Counted from the stretch's first letter, positions 20,001 through 28,588 are shown. The stretch: DNA of 64,000 nucleotides from Chitinophagales bacterium (GCA_026003335.1 BPHB01000001.1:320591-384590), one strand, 5' to 3'. Program-made: numbers and translations. Notes: a model not told the origin generated them from the letters alone.

Positions 20001-22742
20001 AAAAGTACTTATACCGCAGGAAACAACATTACATCATGGAACTGGAACTTTGGGGATGCAAACACTTCTTCGCTGCAAAATCCCTGTCATGTGTATGCAG
20101 CACCGGGTACCTACGTTGTATCTCTGACTATTTCTAACGGCGTCTGTTCTGATGTATTCACGGATACTGTTGTAATTCTGCCTCCGCCTTCGGCTGCATT
20201 TACGGTTGCAAACACCTCCTGCGTGAATGTACCACTTCTGTTTAATGACGGTTCGGCTCCTAATGTAAATTACTGGAGCTGGAACTTCGGAGATGGGGGC
20301 ACATCACTCAATCAAAATCCATCACACAGTTATAATCCTGCAGGTTCTTACACTGCCTCGCTGACGGTGCAGGATATTTACGGATGCACAGATACTACCC
20401 AGCAAAATATCAATGTGGTTTACCCGGCCATAAGCGGTAACATTACAGCACTTCCTGATACTGTCGTGTGTGCCGGTACACCTGTAGTGTTGATAGCCCC
20501 TTCGTGCATAGGCTGTACCTATCAATGGAATACCGGTTCTACGAATGATTCTATCACCGTCACCACAACCGGTGTATATACGGTAACCGTCACGGATGCC
20601 AATGGTTGTCCCTATGCTACGTATATCCACATCACCGTGCAAAACGGCCCTCAACCCAGCATAACTAACTATGGAAGCCAACAACTTTGTTTAGGAGAAG
20701 GCACTTCTCTGAGCACTACCTACAACACCAATTATGTGTATTACTGGATAAGCAATGACCCTGTAAACAACGGTAGCCAGAGCCCTGGTATTTACGTGAG
20801 TCCGACAGCACCTGGGGTATACAACTACCAGTTGATTATTACAGATACTACGACAAACTGCAGTGATACATCTATGATTCATGTAATTACGGTGAATCCC
20901 TTGCCCGCGGCCCCTGCAGTATCAGCGTTGGGTTCATCAGTTGTTTGTCAGGGCGACACCGTGATTCTGGTCGCCTCCCATCCGGATTCTACGGTTACCT
21001 TGCAATGGAGTACCGGACAGGTTCATGATACCCTTATTGTTACCCAAAACGGTTGCTACATAGCTCAGGTAACTGATGTGTACGGATGCAAGAGTGATTC
21101 TACATATTGTGTTACTGTAAACCCCCTTCCGGAACTGTGTGCATTTTATACGGGCTGTGCCGACACCTGCAGCCCATTTACCATACAGGGTCCCGGTGGA
21201 GGTATCTCCTATCAATGGCTTTACAACGGAAACCCGCTCCCGGGCGATACATTACAGAATTATACTGCTACCCAAAACGGAAACTATGCTGTGGTGGTAA
21301 CCAACAGCTTTGGCTGCAGCGATACCACCGGACAGCTGCAACTCTCTTTACATAACTGTGCTACAGACAGTTTCTGCGCAGACCTGACCATTGACTCAGT
21401 TTATTGCGATTCTGTCGGTAATTATGTTCTGCTCTATTCGGTGAGCAATAACTCTGCGGTGGATATTACGCAGGTAACCCTGCAGGTACTGCCTCCGCAT
21501 CTGAACACCCTTTATGCTCCCAACCTGGTGCAAACGTTAATTCCTGCAGGAGCTACTTCGCAGCAACTGTCAACAACCATTTATAACGGTACTGCCGAAG
21601 ACAGCCTGTGCTTTACCGTGCATCTGTCGGCCATGGATTCTTCCGGTCAGGAATCTGTCTGCTGCTACTCCGATACAGTGTGTACTGTGCTGCCACCCTG
21701 TCCTCAGGATTCTGCCTGTTGCGCATTTGGCCTGGTGCATGATTCGCTCAGATGCCAACAGGTGCCTACCGGAAATAAATTCCTCATTGATCTGGAAATA
21801 GTAGGATGCGGAGAGCTTACGATACAAACTGGTAATCCCGGCATTATCGGTCTCAACAATCCTTACATACTGGGACCGGGCTCTAATCAGATTACTGTGA
21901 GCTACATTCAGTCTCATGCTTTTGATACCTTGCTGTGTCTGACATTTGTCGTTGGTAACGGAACAACATATTGTGCCGATACCAGTGTTTGCTACACGCT
22001 TAAATGCCCGCCCACCATTCCGGTTTGCAAGCTTCAGTTTAAAGATTCTATCTGCACAGGAGAAAGTACCTCTTTCGCATACAGCGGCAGCACGTCCGGC
22101 AATACTTTCCAATGGCAGTTTACCAATGGAATACCGGCAACAGCAACAGGTCCCGGCCCGCACACGGTGCAGTACGCCACTGCCGGATGTCATCCTGTAA
22201 TTTGCATAATCAGCAATAGCTCCGGCCAGGTAGTGGATTGTGTGGATTCTATCTGCGTATTTGATAAGCCTGCAGCCAGCATATCACAAAACGGCAATAT
22301 GCTGCTGGCACATCCGGGAGGCATGAGTTACCAGTGGTATGGCCCTGGCTTTAACCTGCTGAACGGAGAAATAAATCAATTTTTTACCCCTTCGTTTGCT
22401 GAAGTATTCTGCGTAGTTGTAGCTAATGCAGCAGGGTGCAAGGATACTGCATGCATTGATTACATCCAGACAGGCGTTCGCCTTTTGGACAATCAGCACT
22501 GGGGTATTTATCCCAATCCGAATAACGGCTCATTCGTGCTTTCACTCAGGCTTGCTGCAGGTACAACAGCTGAGGTAGTGATCACCAATGTCCTGGGCAT
22601 AGAGCTTGATAGGCGTGTATTCAGTCTGCATTATGACCAGCAGGATTTCCTGATCACCAATACCCGTCTGATTCCGGGGATATACTTCATACGCCTCAAC
22701 ACCCCCGAAGGCTCAGGCTTCCGCAGAGTGATGGTGCGCTGA
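17067..22742 (+). CDS. giant (1891 aa) PKD-domain cell-surface protein with T9SS C-terminal sorting domain
   Basis: At least 4 PKD-type motifs ('FGDG..S....P.H.Y...G.Y.V.L'), many Ig-like 'C.G......Y.W..G......I.V...G.Y.V.V.D.NGC' modules, and the C-terminal CTD 'WGIYPNPNNGSFVLSL...GIYFIRLNTPEGSGFRRVMVR'. The start could be the internal M at 17112. Confidence 0.85.
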   Translation: MVFIVFVLSKICICLMRYIYLQWVFFIVLPIYVFPQVSGDTSVCSGDVKTYHVPYLSGAGYNWSITGGTALNAVNTDSLVIQWGPAGTGTIIVNQYNPSTFHTLNVSIHPKPKPSISHAPYPTCPPEPKGPQGGHPDRDDACEVVCKNAVITYTTPYHAGSTYQWVVSGASSVIGINTNTVTITWDASPLGNIIVYETNQWGCTDSFELCIEKADLPVANFSHQTNLCKFSPVLFTNLTTGATSYQWYFGDGDSSNQFSPTHAYATAGTYTVTLIATNACYCRDTFQSVIHVDSLPGPEISCPSTVCAFDTATYSTAAVSGCTYNWFVSGGTILAGQGTPNVTVAWGAGQQGVLGLQVSGCGNICSDTTLVYIPIVPVTASINGPIKVCPGECTTYNLPQFSGATYSWSLSGACGVISDTTSCEEVKICWTSPPYLACNDTLQVAFYDSFLNCGGTGSLIIHVRPELSIVGSSQVCSNYNGYFGTLGNITCNWSISPAGPTLSSGPAPSVTVNWNGLTGTFTLMAVPVNPNQVCTDTSYYVVKVLPPPPAPVITGDTIICPGSTVSYCAVGSGQINWLVTGGTPATVTGNCISVTWGNSGPYQLKAFQQLNTAPYCTSDTTVQNVYAFNASPPLIMGSSVACANTTSNYTCMTTYPPGTTYTWSITPSNAGAILSQSGPSTLIEWGNNAPQTVTLTLSVEVCDSTFQNSVSINLMPVPAVSVNQLSNLCAGGSAQLQALGGSFTTFSWSGPGGYTSSSNPTVIFQDGLYLVTVSDANGCTASSQKNVFYVSSPNASISSADLLTYCTGVPINTQMCALGNSNYQYLWSNGATTQCVTTNAPGSFTVTVTDASNGCTAVSNTLIVTQDTCSGTGTGSCQPNGSIGFTHTQCNPISFTNTSVNGSSFVWNFGDQTSSTAVNPVHTYQQAGFYLVSLTGSFPNLSGTGSCLLVDTAHIEIPLAAKFDFVNGCHGDSVCFTDKSTYTAGNNITSWNWNFGDANTSSLQNPCHVYAAPGTYVVSLTISNGVCSDVFTDTVVILPPPSAAFTVANTSCVNVPLLFNDGSAPNVNYWSWNFGDGGTSLNQNPSHSYNPAGSYTASLTVQDIYGCTDTTQQNINVVYPAISGNITALPDTVVCAGTPVVLIAPSCIGCTYQWNTGSTNDSITVTTTGVYTVTVTDANGCPYATYIHITVQNGPQPSITNYGSQQLCLGEGTSLSTTYNTNYVYYWISNDPVNNGSQSPGIYVSPTAPGVYNYQLIITDTTTNCSDTSMIHVITVNPLPAAPAVSALGSSVVCQGDTVILVASHPDSTVTLQWSTGQVHDTLIVTQNGCYIAQVTDVYGCKSDSTYCVTVNPLPELCAFYTGCADTCSPFTIQGPGGGISYQWLYNGNPLPGDTLQNYTATQNGNYAVVVTNSFGCSDTTGQLQLSLHNCATDSFCADLTIDSVYCDSVGNYVLLYSVSNNSAVDITQVTLQVLPPHLNTLYAPNLVQTLIPAGATSQQLSTTIYNGTAEDSLCFTVHLSAMDSSGQESVCCYSDTVCTVLPPCPQDSACCAFGLVHDSLRCQQVPTGNKFLIDLEIVGCGELTIQTGNPGIIGLNNPYILGPGSNQITVSYIQSHAFDTLLCLTFVVGNGTTYCADTSVCYTLKCPPTIPVCKLQFKDSICTGESTSFAYSGSTSGNTFQWQFTNGIPATATGPGPHTVQYATAGCHPVICIISNSSGQVVDCVDSICVFDKPAASISQNGNMLLAHPGGMSYQWYGPGFNLLNGEINQFFTPSFAEVFCVVVANAAGCKDTACIDYIQTGVRLLDNQHWGIYPNPNNGSFVLSLRLAAGTTAEVVITNVLGIELDRRVFSLHYDQQDFLITNTRLIPGIYFIRLNTPEGSGFRRVMVR

Positions 22743-22757
22743 ATATAAATAAACAGC

Positions 22758-24014
22758 TCAAGGCACCCGTGTGTGCCCTGAGCCTTCAATGATGTACTTA
22801 TAGCTGGTTAATTCATTAAGGGCCATAGGTCCGCGGGCGTGTAGTTTTTGTGTGCTGATACCAATTTCGGCACCCATGCCAAATTGCGCTCCATCAGTGA
22901 AAGCAGTAGACGCATTGGCATAAACTGCAGCTGCATCCACGCTTTTTAAAAAGCGGTCAATAACCGCGCGATCTTCGGCAATAATGGCCTCGCTGTGTCG
23001 CGAACTGTACGTGTTTATGTGCTCCAGGGCCTCATCCAGGCTGCTGACGGTTTTTATTGCCATCTTCAGTGACAGAAACTCGGTTCCGTAATTGCGCGCG
23101 TCAGCCGGGTGAAGCAAATGTGCAGGATACGTATCTTTTAAGACACGAAATGCCTTTTCATCGGCAAAAAGTTGAACGCCTTTTTCAGACAGGGGCTTTG
23201 CTATTGCTGGTAAGTCGGGAAGCCTCTTGTCATGCATGATAAGACAGTCCAGGGCATTGCACACGCTCACCCTGCGCGTTTTGGCATTCAGAACAATTGC
23301 AATGCCTTTTTGCAAATCAGCTGACTCATCAAAGTAGGTATGCACAATGCCGGCTCCTGTTTCAATGACGGGCACTTTCGCCTGTTGTCTGACATAGTCA
23401 ATCAGCTGCTGGCTTCCCCGCGGGATTACAAGATCAACCAGACCCACTGCCTGCAAAAGCGCATCGGCAGCCGCTCTGTCGGAAGGCATCAGCCAGACGA
23501 TATCCGGATTTACCTTATTTTGCTCCAGTATCTTTTTAATAAGAGCAACAATAGCCCTGTTGGAGTATTCCGCCTCACGGCTGCCTTTCAAAACACAGGC
23601 ATTTCCGGATTTAAGACATAAGGAAAACACATCAAATGTGACATTCGGGCGAGACTCATAGATCATTCCGATAACCCCAATGGGCACCGTAATTTTTTTG
23701 ATAAACAGGCCGTTGGGGAGCTGTTTTTCTTCCAGTACTTTACCAACCGGATACTCCAGCGATGCCACTGTTTGTATATCCCCGACAATAGATTTTATGC
23801 GATCATCAGTAAGTTTCAGACGGTCATACCGCGGATCCTCAGGATTCATCCGGTCCAAATCTTTTTTATTTTCATGCAACAGCCACTCCACGCTGTCAAG
23901 AGTTGCGTTAGCCAAATCGCGGAGTATCTTGTTAATCCGTTCAACGGGCAATGAAGAAAGAATCCTTGAAGCCGCCTGTACGCGCTTCAAATTATCCTGG
24001 ATAGATGCAGCCAT
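22758..24014 (-). CDS. proA: glutamate-5-semialdehyde dehydrogenase (gamma-glutamyl phosphate reductase)
   Basis: 418-aa aldehyde-dehydrogenase-fold ORF with full-length ProA-like sequence, directly downstream of proB. Confidence 0.9.
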   Translation of the reverse strand: MAASIQDNLKRVQAASRILSSLPVERINKILRDLANATLDSVEWLLHENKKDLDRMNPEDPRYDRLKLTDDRIKSIVGDIQTVASLEYPVGKVLEEKQLPNGLFIKKITVPIGVIGMIYESRPNVTFDVFSLCLKSGNACVLKGSREAEYSNRAIVALIKKILEQNKVNPDIVWLMPSDRAAADALLQAVGLVDLVIPRGSQQLIDYVRQQAKVPVIETGAGIVHTYFDESADLQKGIAIVLNAKTRRVSVCNALDCLIMHDKRLPDLPAIAKPLSEKGVQLFADEKAFRVLKDTYPAHLLHPADARNYGTEFLSLKMAIKTVSSLDEALEHINTYSSRHSEAIIAEDRAVIDRFLKSVDAAAVYANASTAFTDGAQFGMGAEIGISTQKLHARGPMALNELTSYKYIIEGSGHTRVP

Positions 24015-24022
24015 GTATCAGA

Positions 24023-25117
24023 TTAAGGATTTAAAAATAAATAATCATAATGTACCAGCTCGGGTTGCCCTTTAAGTCCCATCCGTTCGGCAGCCTTTTC
24101 TGAGCTGTATCGTGCCATTCCCAGACCAAGAAGCTTTCCGCTTTGACTCAAAATACGGATGATATCTCCTTTCTCAAACTGCCCCTCCACCTTCACGATC
24201 CCTACCGGCAACAAGCTTGCCGCACGGGACGTGGCCGTAAGGGCAGCTTCGGCCCCCTCGTTAATCACAACACTACCCTTTGTAAATCCTCCGGAGTGAG
24301 CTACCCAGCGCTTCAGGGCCGAAGTGGTTTTCTGCGGAACAAAGCGGGTGCCTTCAGGCACACCGTGAAGAATTCTGGAAAGAATGTGCTCCTTTCTGCC
24401 GTTGGCAATGTGCACCGCTATACCGATTCGCGATAACTGACGTGCCATGCGTACTTTGGTAATCATACCGCCACGGCCAAACTGGCTTTTGCCTGGAGAA
24501 ACAAAGGAAAGATCCATTGTGCTGTGCACTTCAGGAATGACTTTAGCTCCGATATCCTGCGGATTCCCATAATACAGACCATCCACGCTGGTAAGCAAAA
24601 TGAGCGCATCGGCTTGTATCATGGCTGCAATCAGGCCGCTGAGTTCATCATTGTCGGTAAACATCAGCTCAGTAACGGCTACGACATCATTTTCATTTAC
24701 TACCGGCAAAACCTGATTGCGCAGCAGGTGAGTAACACAGTTTTTCATATTCAGATAGTGCCTGCGGTCACGGAAGTCGGCTCTTGTAACAAGCACCTGG
24801 GCACAGACAATGCCATGCCCGGCCAACAGGTGGGCATACTGACTGATGAGTTTGATTTGGCCCACTGCCGCAAGCTGCTGTCGCAGTGCTACTTCATCGG
24901 TCTTTTTGTTTATCCGTATCACACTGCGCCCGCATGCAACTGCTCCGGATGATACCAGCACCACCTGCAGTCCCTTTTTCTTTACCCAGGCAAGCTGCTC
25001 CGTGAGGTTTTTAATCTGTTCAATGTCGGGATAACCGTCACCGGTGGTTACTACATTAGAGCCAACTTTAACTACTATGGTTTTATAAGGCATCAGGTGC
25101 GTTCTACTCTTTTCCAT
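24023..25117 (-). CDS. proB: glutamate 5-kinase with C-terminal PUA domain
   Basis: 'KTIVVKVGSNVVT' amino-acid-kinase N-terminus and a PUA-like C-terminus. An alternative start at 25093 (MPYKTIVV) would remove the 14-nt overlap with the upstream gene. Confidence 0.9.
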   Translation of the reverse strand: MEKSRTHLMPYKTIVVKVGSNVVTTGDGYPDIEQIKNLTEQLAWVKKKGLQVVLVSSGAVACGRSVIRINKKTDEVALRQQLAAVGQIKLISQYAHLLAGHGIVCAQVLVTRADFRDRRHYLNMKNCVTHLLRNQVLPVVNENDVVAVTELMFTDNDELSGLIAAMIQADALILLTSVDGLYYGNPQDIGAKVIPEVHSTMDLSFVSPGKSQFGRGGMITKVRMARQLSRIGIAVHIANGRKEHILSRILHGVPEGTRFVPQKTTSALKRWVAHSGGFTKGSVVINEGAEAALTATSRAASLLPVGIVKVEGQFEKGDIIRILSQSGKLLGLGMARYSSEKAAERMGLKGQPELVHYDYLFLNP

Positions 25118-26210
25118 CGGCTTTATTGTTCATAACTTTTTGCTGCACACGTATAGATTCCTGATGAATGAGGCGAAGCATATCCCTGACAAAGTTTTCG
25201 CTTAACCCCATAGCAATTCCCTGCCCAAGACGTGTTTTAATAATTTGATCCCACCGGGCAACCTGAAGAATGGTAACATTATTATCCCGTTTATATTCAC
25301 CGATACGCTCCGAAATTTTCATGCGGGCTGCAAAGGAGCGCATGATTTCGTCATCCAGCTTATCAATTTCCTCCCGCAAAAGGGTTAGTTTGTCCTTAAA
25401 TTGCCTGTTGGGAGAGGTCGTTTGCCGCACGATCAATTCATCCAGCAATTGTCCCAGGGCTGAAGGCGTAATCTGCTGACGGGCATCGCTTAAAGCTGCG
25501 TCCGGATGAAAATGACTTTCAATCATCAGTCCGGACATATCCAAATCCATCGCTTTCTGGGCTATGAAGGGAATAAGCTCGCGCTGACCGCAGATATGGC
25601 TTGGATCGCATAGTATTTCCAGGCCGGGGCATCGGATTTTCAATTCAATGGGAATGTCCCACATGGGTGCATTACGAAAAGGACTGTTTTTGTCGTAAGA
25701 GGAAAAACCGCGATGGATGGCGGCCAGCCTGGCGATGCCTGCGCGATTGAGTCTTTCCAGGGCGCCAATCCAGAGTTCCACATCAGGATTAACCGGATTT
25801 TTTATCAGCACCGGTATATCCGTACCTTTGAGCGCATCTGCAATTTCCTGAACCAGAAACGGGTTGACTGTTGTGCGGGCGCCAATCCATAAAATGTCTA
25901 TTCCTGCTTTCAGGCAGGCTTCCACATGTGCGGCACTGGCCACCTCCGTAGCTACGGGCAGGCCGGTAGCCTGACCAGCCGCCTTAAGCCAGGAGAGTGC
26001 CCGGGCTCCTGCACCTTCAAATTGATCAGGTCGGGTGCGAGGTTTCCAGATACCTGCACGTAAAATGTGCACTCGCCCCAGGGCTGCCAGTTGTAAGGCA
26101 GTTTGCAACATTTGCTTTTCGCTTTCCGCACTGCACGGGCCACTGATGATTACCGGCTTGTTGACCTGCAGCCAGTCATTGAAGGGTAAAACCTTTAGTT
26201 GCTGATTCAT
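25104..26210 (-). CDS. bifunctional 3-deoxy-7-phosphoheptulonate (DAHP) synthase / chorismate mutase type II
   Basis: The N-terminal ~270 aa is a KDO8PS-like (type I-beta) DAHP synthase barrel. The C-terminal ~90 aa 'LREEIDKLDDEIMRSFAARMKISERIGEYK' is an AroQ chorismate mutase helix bundle. Confidence 0.85.
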   Translation of the reverse strand: MNQQLKVLPFNDWLQVNKPVIISGPCSAESEKQMLQTALQLAALGRVHILRAGIWKPRTRPDQFEGAGARALSWLKAAGQATGLPVATEVASAAHVEACLKAGIDILWIGARTTVNPFLVQEIADALKGTDIPVLIKNPVNPDVELWIGALERLNRAGIARLAAIHRGFSSYDKNSPFRNAPMWDIPIELKIRCPGLEILCDPSHICGQRELIPFIAQKAMDLDMSGLMIESHFHPDAALSDARQQITPSALGQLLDELIVRQTTSPNRQFKDKLTLLREEIDKLDDEIMRSFAARMKISERIGEYKRDNNVTILQVARWDQIIKTRLGQGIAMGLSENFVRDMLRLIHQESIRVQQKVMNNKADGKE

Positions 26211-27106
26211 GGTCGGGAAGATTTGTGCGCAGATTTGTTTTTGCGTCTGTCTTTTAATTCAATACCATCCAGAATTCTTCGTATATCGTTGGCTCGTTTC
26301 ATTACCCGTACGAGAGCCTTTGTATCTTGTTTCAGCAGGTAGTAATGAAACTTTTGCAGATGGAGAATGTACTCCAGTAAAGCCTGAGCAAGATATTCGC
26401 GATTTTGTTCAAAAATAGGAGCCCACATTTGAGGAGAGCTCTTGGCCAGCCTTACAGTGGACGAGAAGCCGCTACCGGCCATATTGAATATATTTTCTTC
26501 ATCCTTTTCAATATCCAGAACCGTTTGTCCGAGCAGAAATGAGCTGATATGAGAAAGGTGTGACACGTAAGCCGCATGGCGATCATGTTCCTTGGGTTGC
26601 ATAAAGAGGGTTTTCATGCCAAGCAGCCGAAAAAGTTGCAGCGCCCGTGACAGGGCTTTTGAAGAGGATTTTTCTCTTTCACAGATGATATTGGTTTTGC
26701 CGCGGAACAATCCTTTCAGCGCAGCCTGCGGGCCGGAATGCTCGGTGCCGGCAATAGGATGCGCTGCAACAAACTGCTCCCGTCTGGGATGAGTGGCTAC
26801 TGCCTCGCAAATTTTCGCTTTGGTGGAACCAGTATCAATCACAACGGTGTGGGTTTTAACCTGATTCAGTATTTCGGGCAATAAGCGCAAGAGGGCATCT
26901 ACAGGAATGGTTAAAAAAACTACATCGGCTTGTTTGAGTGCCTTACCCAGCGGCAGTATGGTATCTACAAGTTTTAAACGGTGGGCAGCCCTGGCATGCA
27001 CGACATTGGAATCCACTCCTATAATAGATTGAATCCGTCCGGATGCGCGTAAATCTTTGGCTATAGAACCACCAATAAGACCAGTGCCTACTATGACTAC
27101 CTGCAT
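26207..27106 (-). CDS. tyrA: prephenate dehydrogenase
   Basis: Rossmann motif 'VVIVGTGLIGGSIAKDL' and a TyrA-like C-terminal domain. ATGA overlap with the downstream DAHP synthase gene. Confidence 0.85.
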   Translation of the reverse strand: MQVVIVGTGLIGGSIAKDLRASGRIQSIIGVDSNVVHARAAHRLKLVDTILPLGKALKQADVVFLTIPVDALLRLLPEILNQVKTHTVVIDTGSTKAKICEAVATHPRREQFVAAHPIAGTEHSGPQAALKGLFRGKTNIICEREKSSSKALSRALQLFRLLGMKTLFMQPKEHDRHAAYVSHLSHISSFLLGQTVLDIEKDEENIFNMAGSGFSSTVRLAKSSPQMWAPIFEQNREYLAQALLEYILHLQKFHYYLLKQDTKALVRVMKRANDIRRILDGIELKDRRKNKSAHKSSRP

Positions 27107-27109
27107 AGA

Positions 27110-28309
27110 TTATCTTTTCGCTTTAACAAAATGGGTTATTCTTTTTAACGCCTCCTGCATATCTGCCTCCGGGCAACATAAAGAAAGCCGCACATATCTG
27201 TTGCCGCCAGGCCCGAAAATAAAGCCCGGAGCGATAAACACTTTTGCCTCATAAAGAATGGCATCAATCCAGGTTTCTACATTTTCAACAGAATCGGGCA
27301 CTTTGGCCCATACAAACATTCCGGATTGATTGTTGGTAAAAGAGCAACTTAAGGCACGAAGTATTTCAGTTGCCAATTCCTTTCTCCGGCTATAAATGAA
27401 ATTCTGCTGGTCATACCATGCCCTCCCCAGACGCAGAGCGGCAATCGCTGCGCGCTGTATTCCCAGAAACATGCCGGAGTCCATATTGCTTTTTATCCGC
27501 AGAATAGCATCCAGATATTCAGGCTTGCCGGCCACCCATCCCACACGCCAACCGGCCATGTTATGTGATTTGCTTAGAGAATGCAGCTCAAGGGCTACCT
27601 CAGCAGCTCCGTTTGCCGTCAAAATGCTCTGTGGTGTTTTATTTAAAATAAAACTGTAGGGATTATCATGTACGATGAGGAATCGGTTCTCGTGCGCAAG
27701 ATCAACCAGAGACTGAAATTCCTCAGCCGAAGCAGTTACCCCCGTGGGCATGTGGGGGAAGTTTATCCACATAAGCTTGACTTTATGCAAGCTGTTTCTA
27801 AGCTCATGGATGGCAACAGCCGAAGCATGGTTAGTATGCACGGGGTATGCAATTACTTCTGCTCCGGCAATGTGTGCAGCGGCCGAATAAGCCGGGTAGC
27901 CCGGGTCAGGGACCAACACCTTGTCTCCCGGATTCACAAAAGCCTGTGTGATATGGAAAATGCCTTCCTTGGAACCCATGAGGGGAAGAATCATGCTTTC
28001 TGCTTGCAGACTAACGTTGTAATGAAGCTGCATAAACGAAGCTATAGCTTCACGCAAGGCAGGTATTCCGCGATAGCTCTGATATCCATGGCTGTTAGCA
28101 TCCCGGGCTACTGCTCTCAGCTCCGCAATCACTTCAGGCGCAGGAGGTAAATCCGGATTGCCGATACCCAAATTAATGACCCGATATTGGGGAGTATCCA
28201 GCTTTCTCACCTCGGCTAGCTTGCGGGAAAAGTAATATTCTTCTGCCAACCATGTGCGCTGCGCAGGCTGTATGAAAAGCCCGTTAGCTCTCTGTTGTAT
28301 ATGATTCAT
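27110..28309 (-). CDS. class I/II PLP-dependent aminotransferase (probable aromatic/prephenate aminotransferase)
   Basis: PLP-lysine motif 'SLSKSHNMAGWRVGW'. First gene of the tyrA-containing string. Confidence 0.8.
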   Translation of the reverse strand: MNHIQQRANGLFIQPAQRTWLAEEYYFSRKLAEVRKLDTPQYRVINLGIGNPDLPPAPEVIAELRAVARDANSHGYQSYRGIPALREAIASFMQLHYNVSLQAESMILPLMGSKEGIFHITQAFVNPGDKVLVPDPGYPAYSAAAHIAGAEVIAYPVHTNHASAVAIHELRNSLHKVKLMWINFPHMPTGVTASAEEFQSLVDLAHENRFLIVHDNPYSFILNKTPQSILTANGAAEVALELHSLSKSHNMAGWRVGWVAGKPEYLDAILRIKSNMDSGMFLGIQRAAIAALRLGRAWYDQQNFIYSRRKELATEILRALSCSFTNNQSGMFVWAKVPDSVENVETWIDAILYEAKVFIAPGFIFGPGGNRYVRLSLCCPEADMQEALKRITHFVKAKR

Positions 28310-28339
28310 ACAATTTGCATAAAGTTTTACCTCTGTATG

Positions 28340-28360
28340 CCGGCAGGCAATACCTGCCGG
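28340..28360 (-). promoter_or_regulatory. GC-rich 5'-UTR hairpin 30 nt upstream of the aminotransferase start codon
   Basis: Minus-strand CCGGCAGG (28360-28353) / CCTGCCGG (28347-28340), 8 bp perfect, loop UAUUG, no U-tract. Confidence 0.35.
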
Positions 28361-28388
28361 GTAAGTGCTGTGTATGTATTCCCAGTCT

Positions 28389-28421
28389 AAAACAAAAAGT
28401 CCCGGATGATTCCGGGACTTT
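28389..28421 (-). terminator. intrinsic terminator (attenuator terminator) upstream of the aminotransferase-tyrA operon
   Basis: Minus strand: AAAGTCCCGG (28421-28412), loop AATCAT, CCGGGACTTT (28405-28396), then TTGTTTT. This is a 10-bp stem followed by a U-rich tail. Confidence 0.75.
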
Positions 28422-28445
28422 CCATGTATTCAGCTATTCTTATAG

Positions 28446-28538
28446 TCACCAACGCGACACATTCAGCCGTCCCGGAGGGCATAGCCTCCCGTAATACGGA
28501 TAAGAATAAAATCGCGTTGTAGTTTTTCCTGTCAGCAT
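28446..28538 (-). CDS. candidate leader peptide, 30 aa: MLTGKTTTRFYSYPYYGRLCPPGRLNVSRW
   Basis: Hand-translated small ORF, too short for the ORF track. A run of F-Y-S-Y-P-Y-Y (4 Tyr + 1 Phe in 7 codons) lies immediately upstream of hairpins and the terminator and 230 nt upstream of the aminotransferase/tyrA operon. Confidence 0.55.
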   Translation of the reverse strand: MLTGKTTTRFYSYPYYGRLCPPGRLNVSRW

Positions 28539-28588
28539 TGGCGGCAAATTAAGTTAAAAATTATCACACAGGCAATTCATTTTTATTT

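Noticed and set aside
17199-22193. Antisense ORFs within the 1891-aa gene (17199..17804, 20322..20684, 21570..22193)
   Set aside because: The same reasoning applies. The plus-strand ORF has PKD motifs and a T9SS CTD, and the antisense ORFs have no motifs.
22743-22800. Imperfect inverted repeat CTCAAGGCAC...GTGCCCTGAG at the convergent junction of the giant gene and proA, considered as a bidirectional terminator
   Set aside because: It has one mismatch, no U-tract, and lies inside the proA coding 3' end. The support is too weak.
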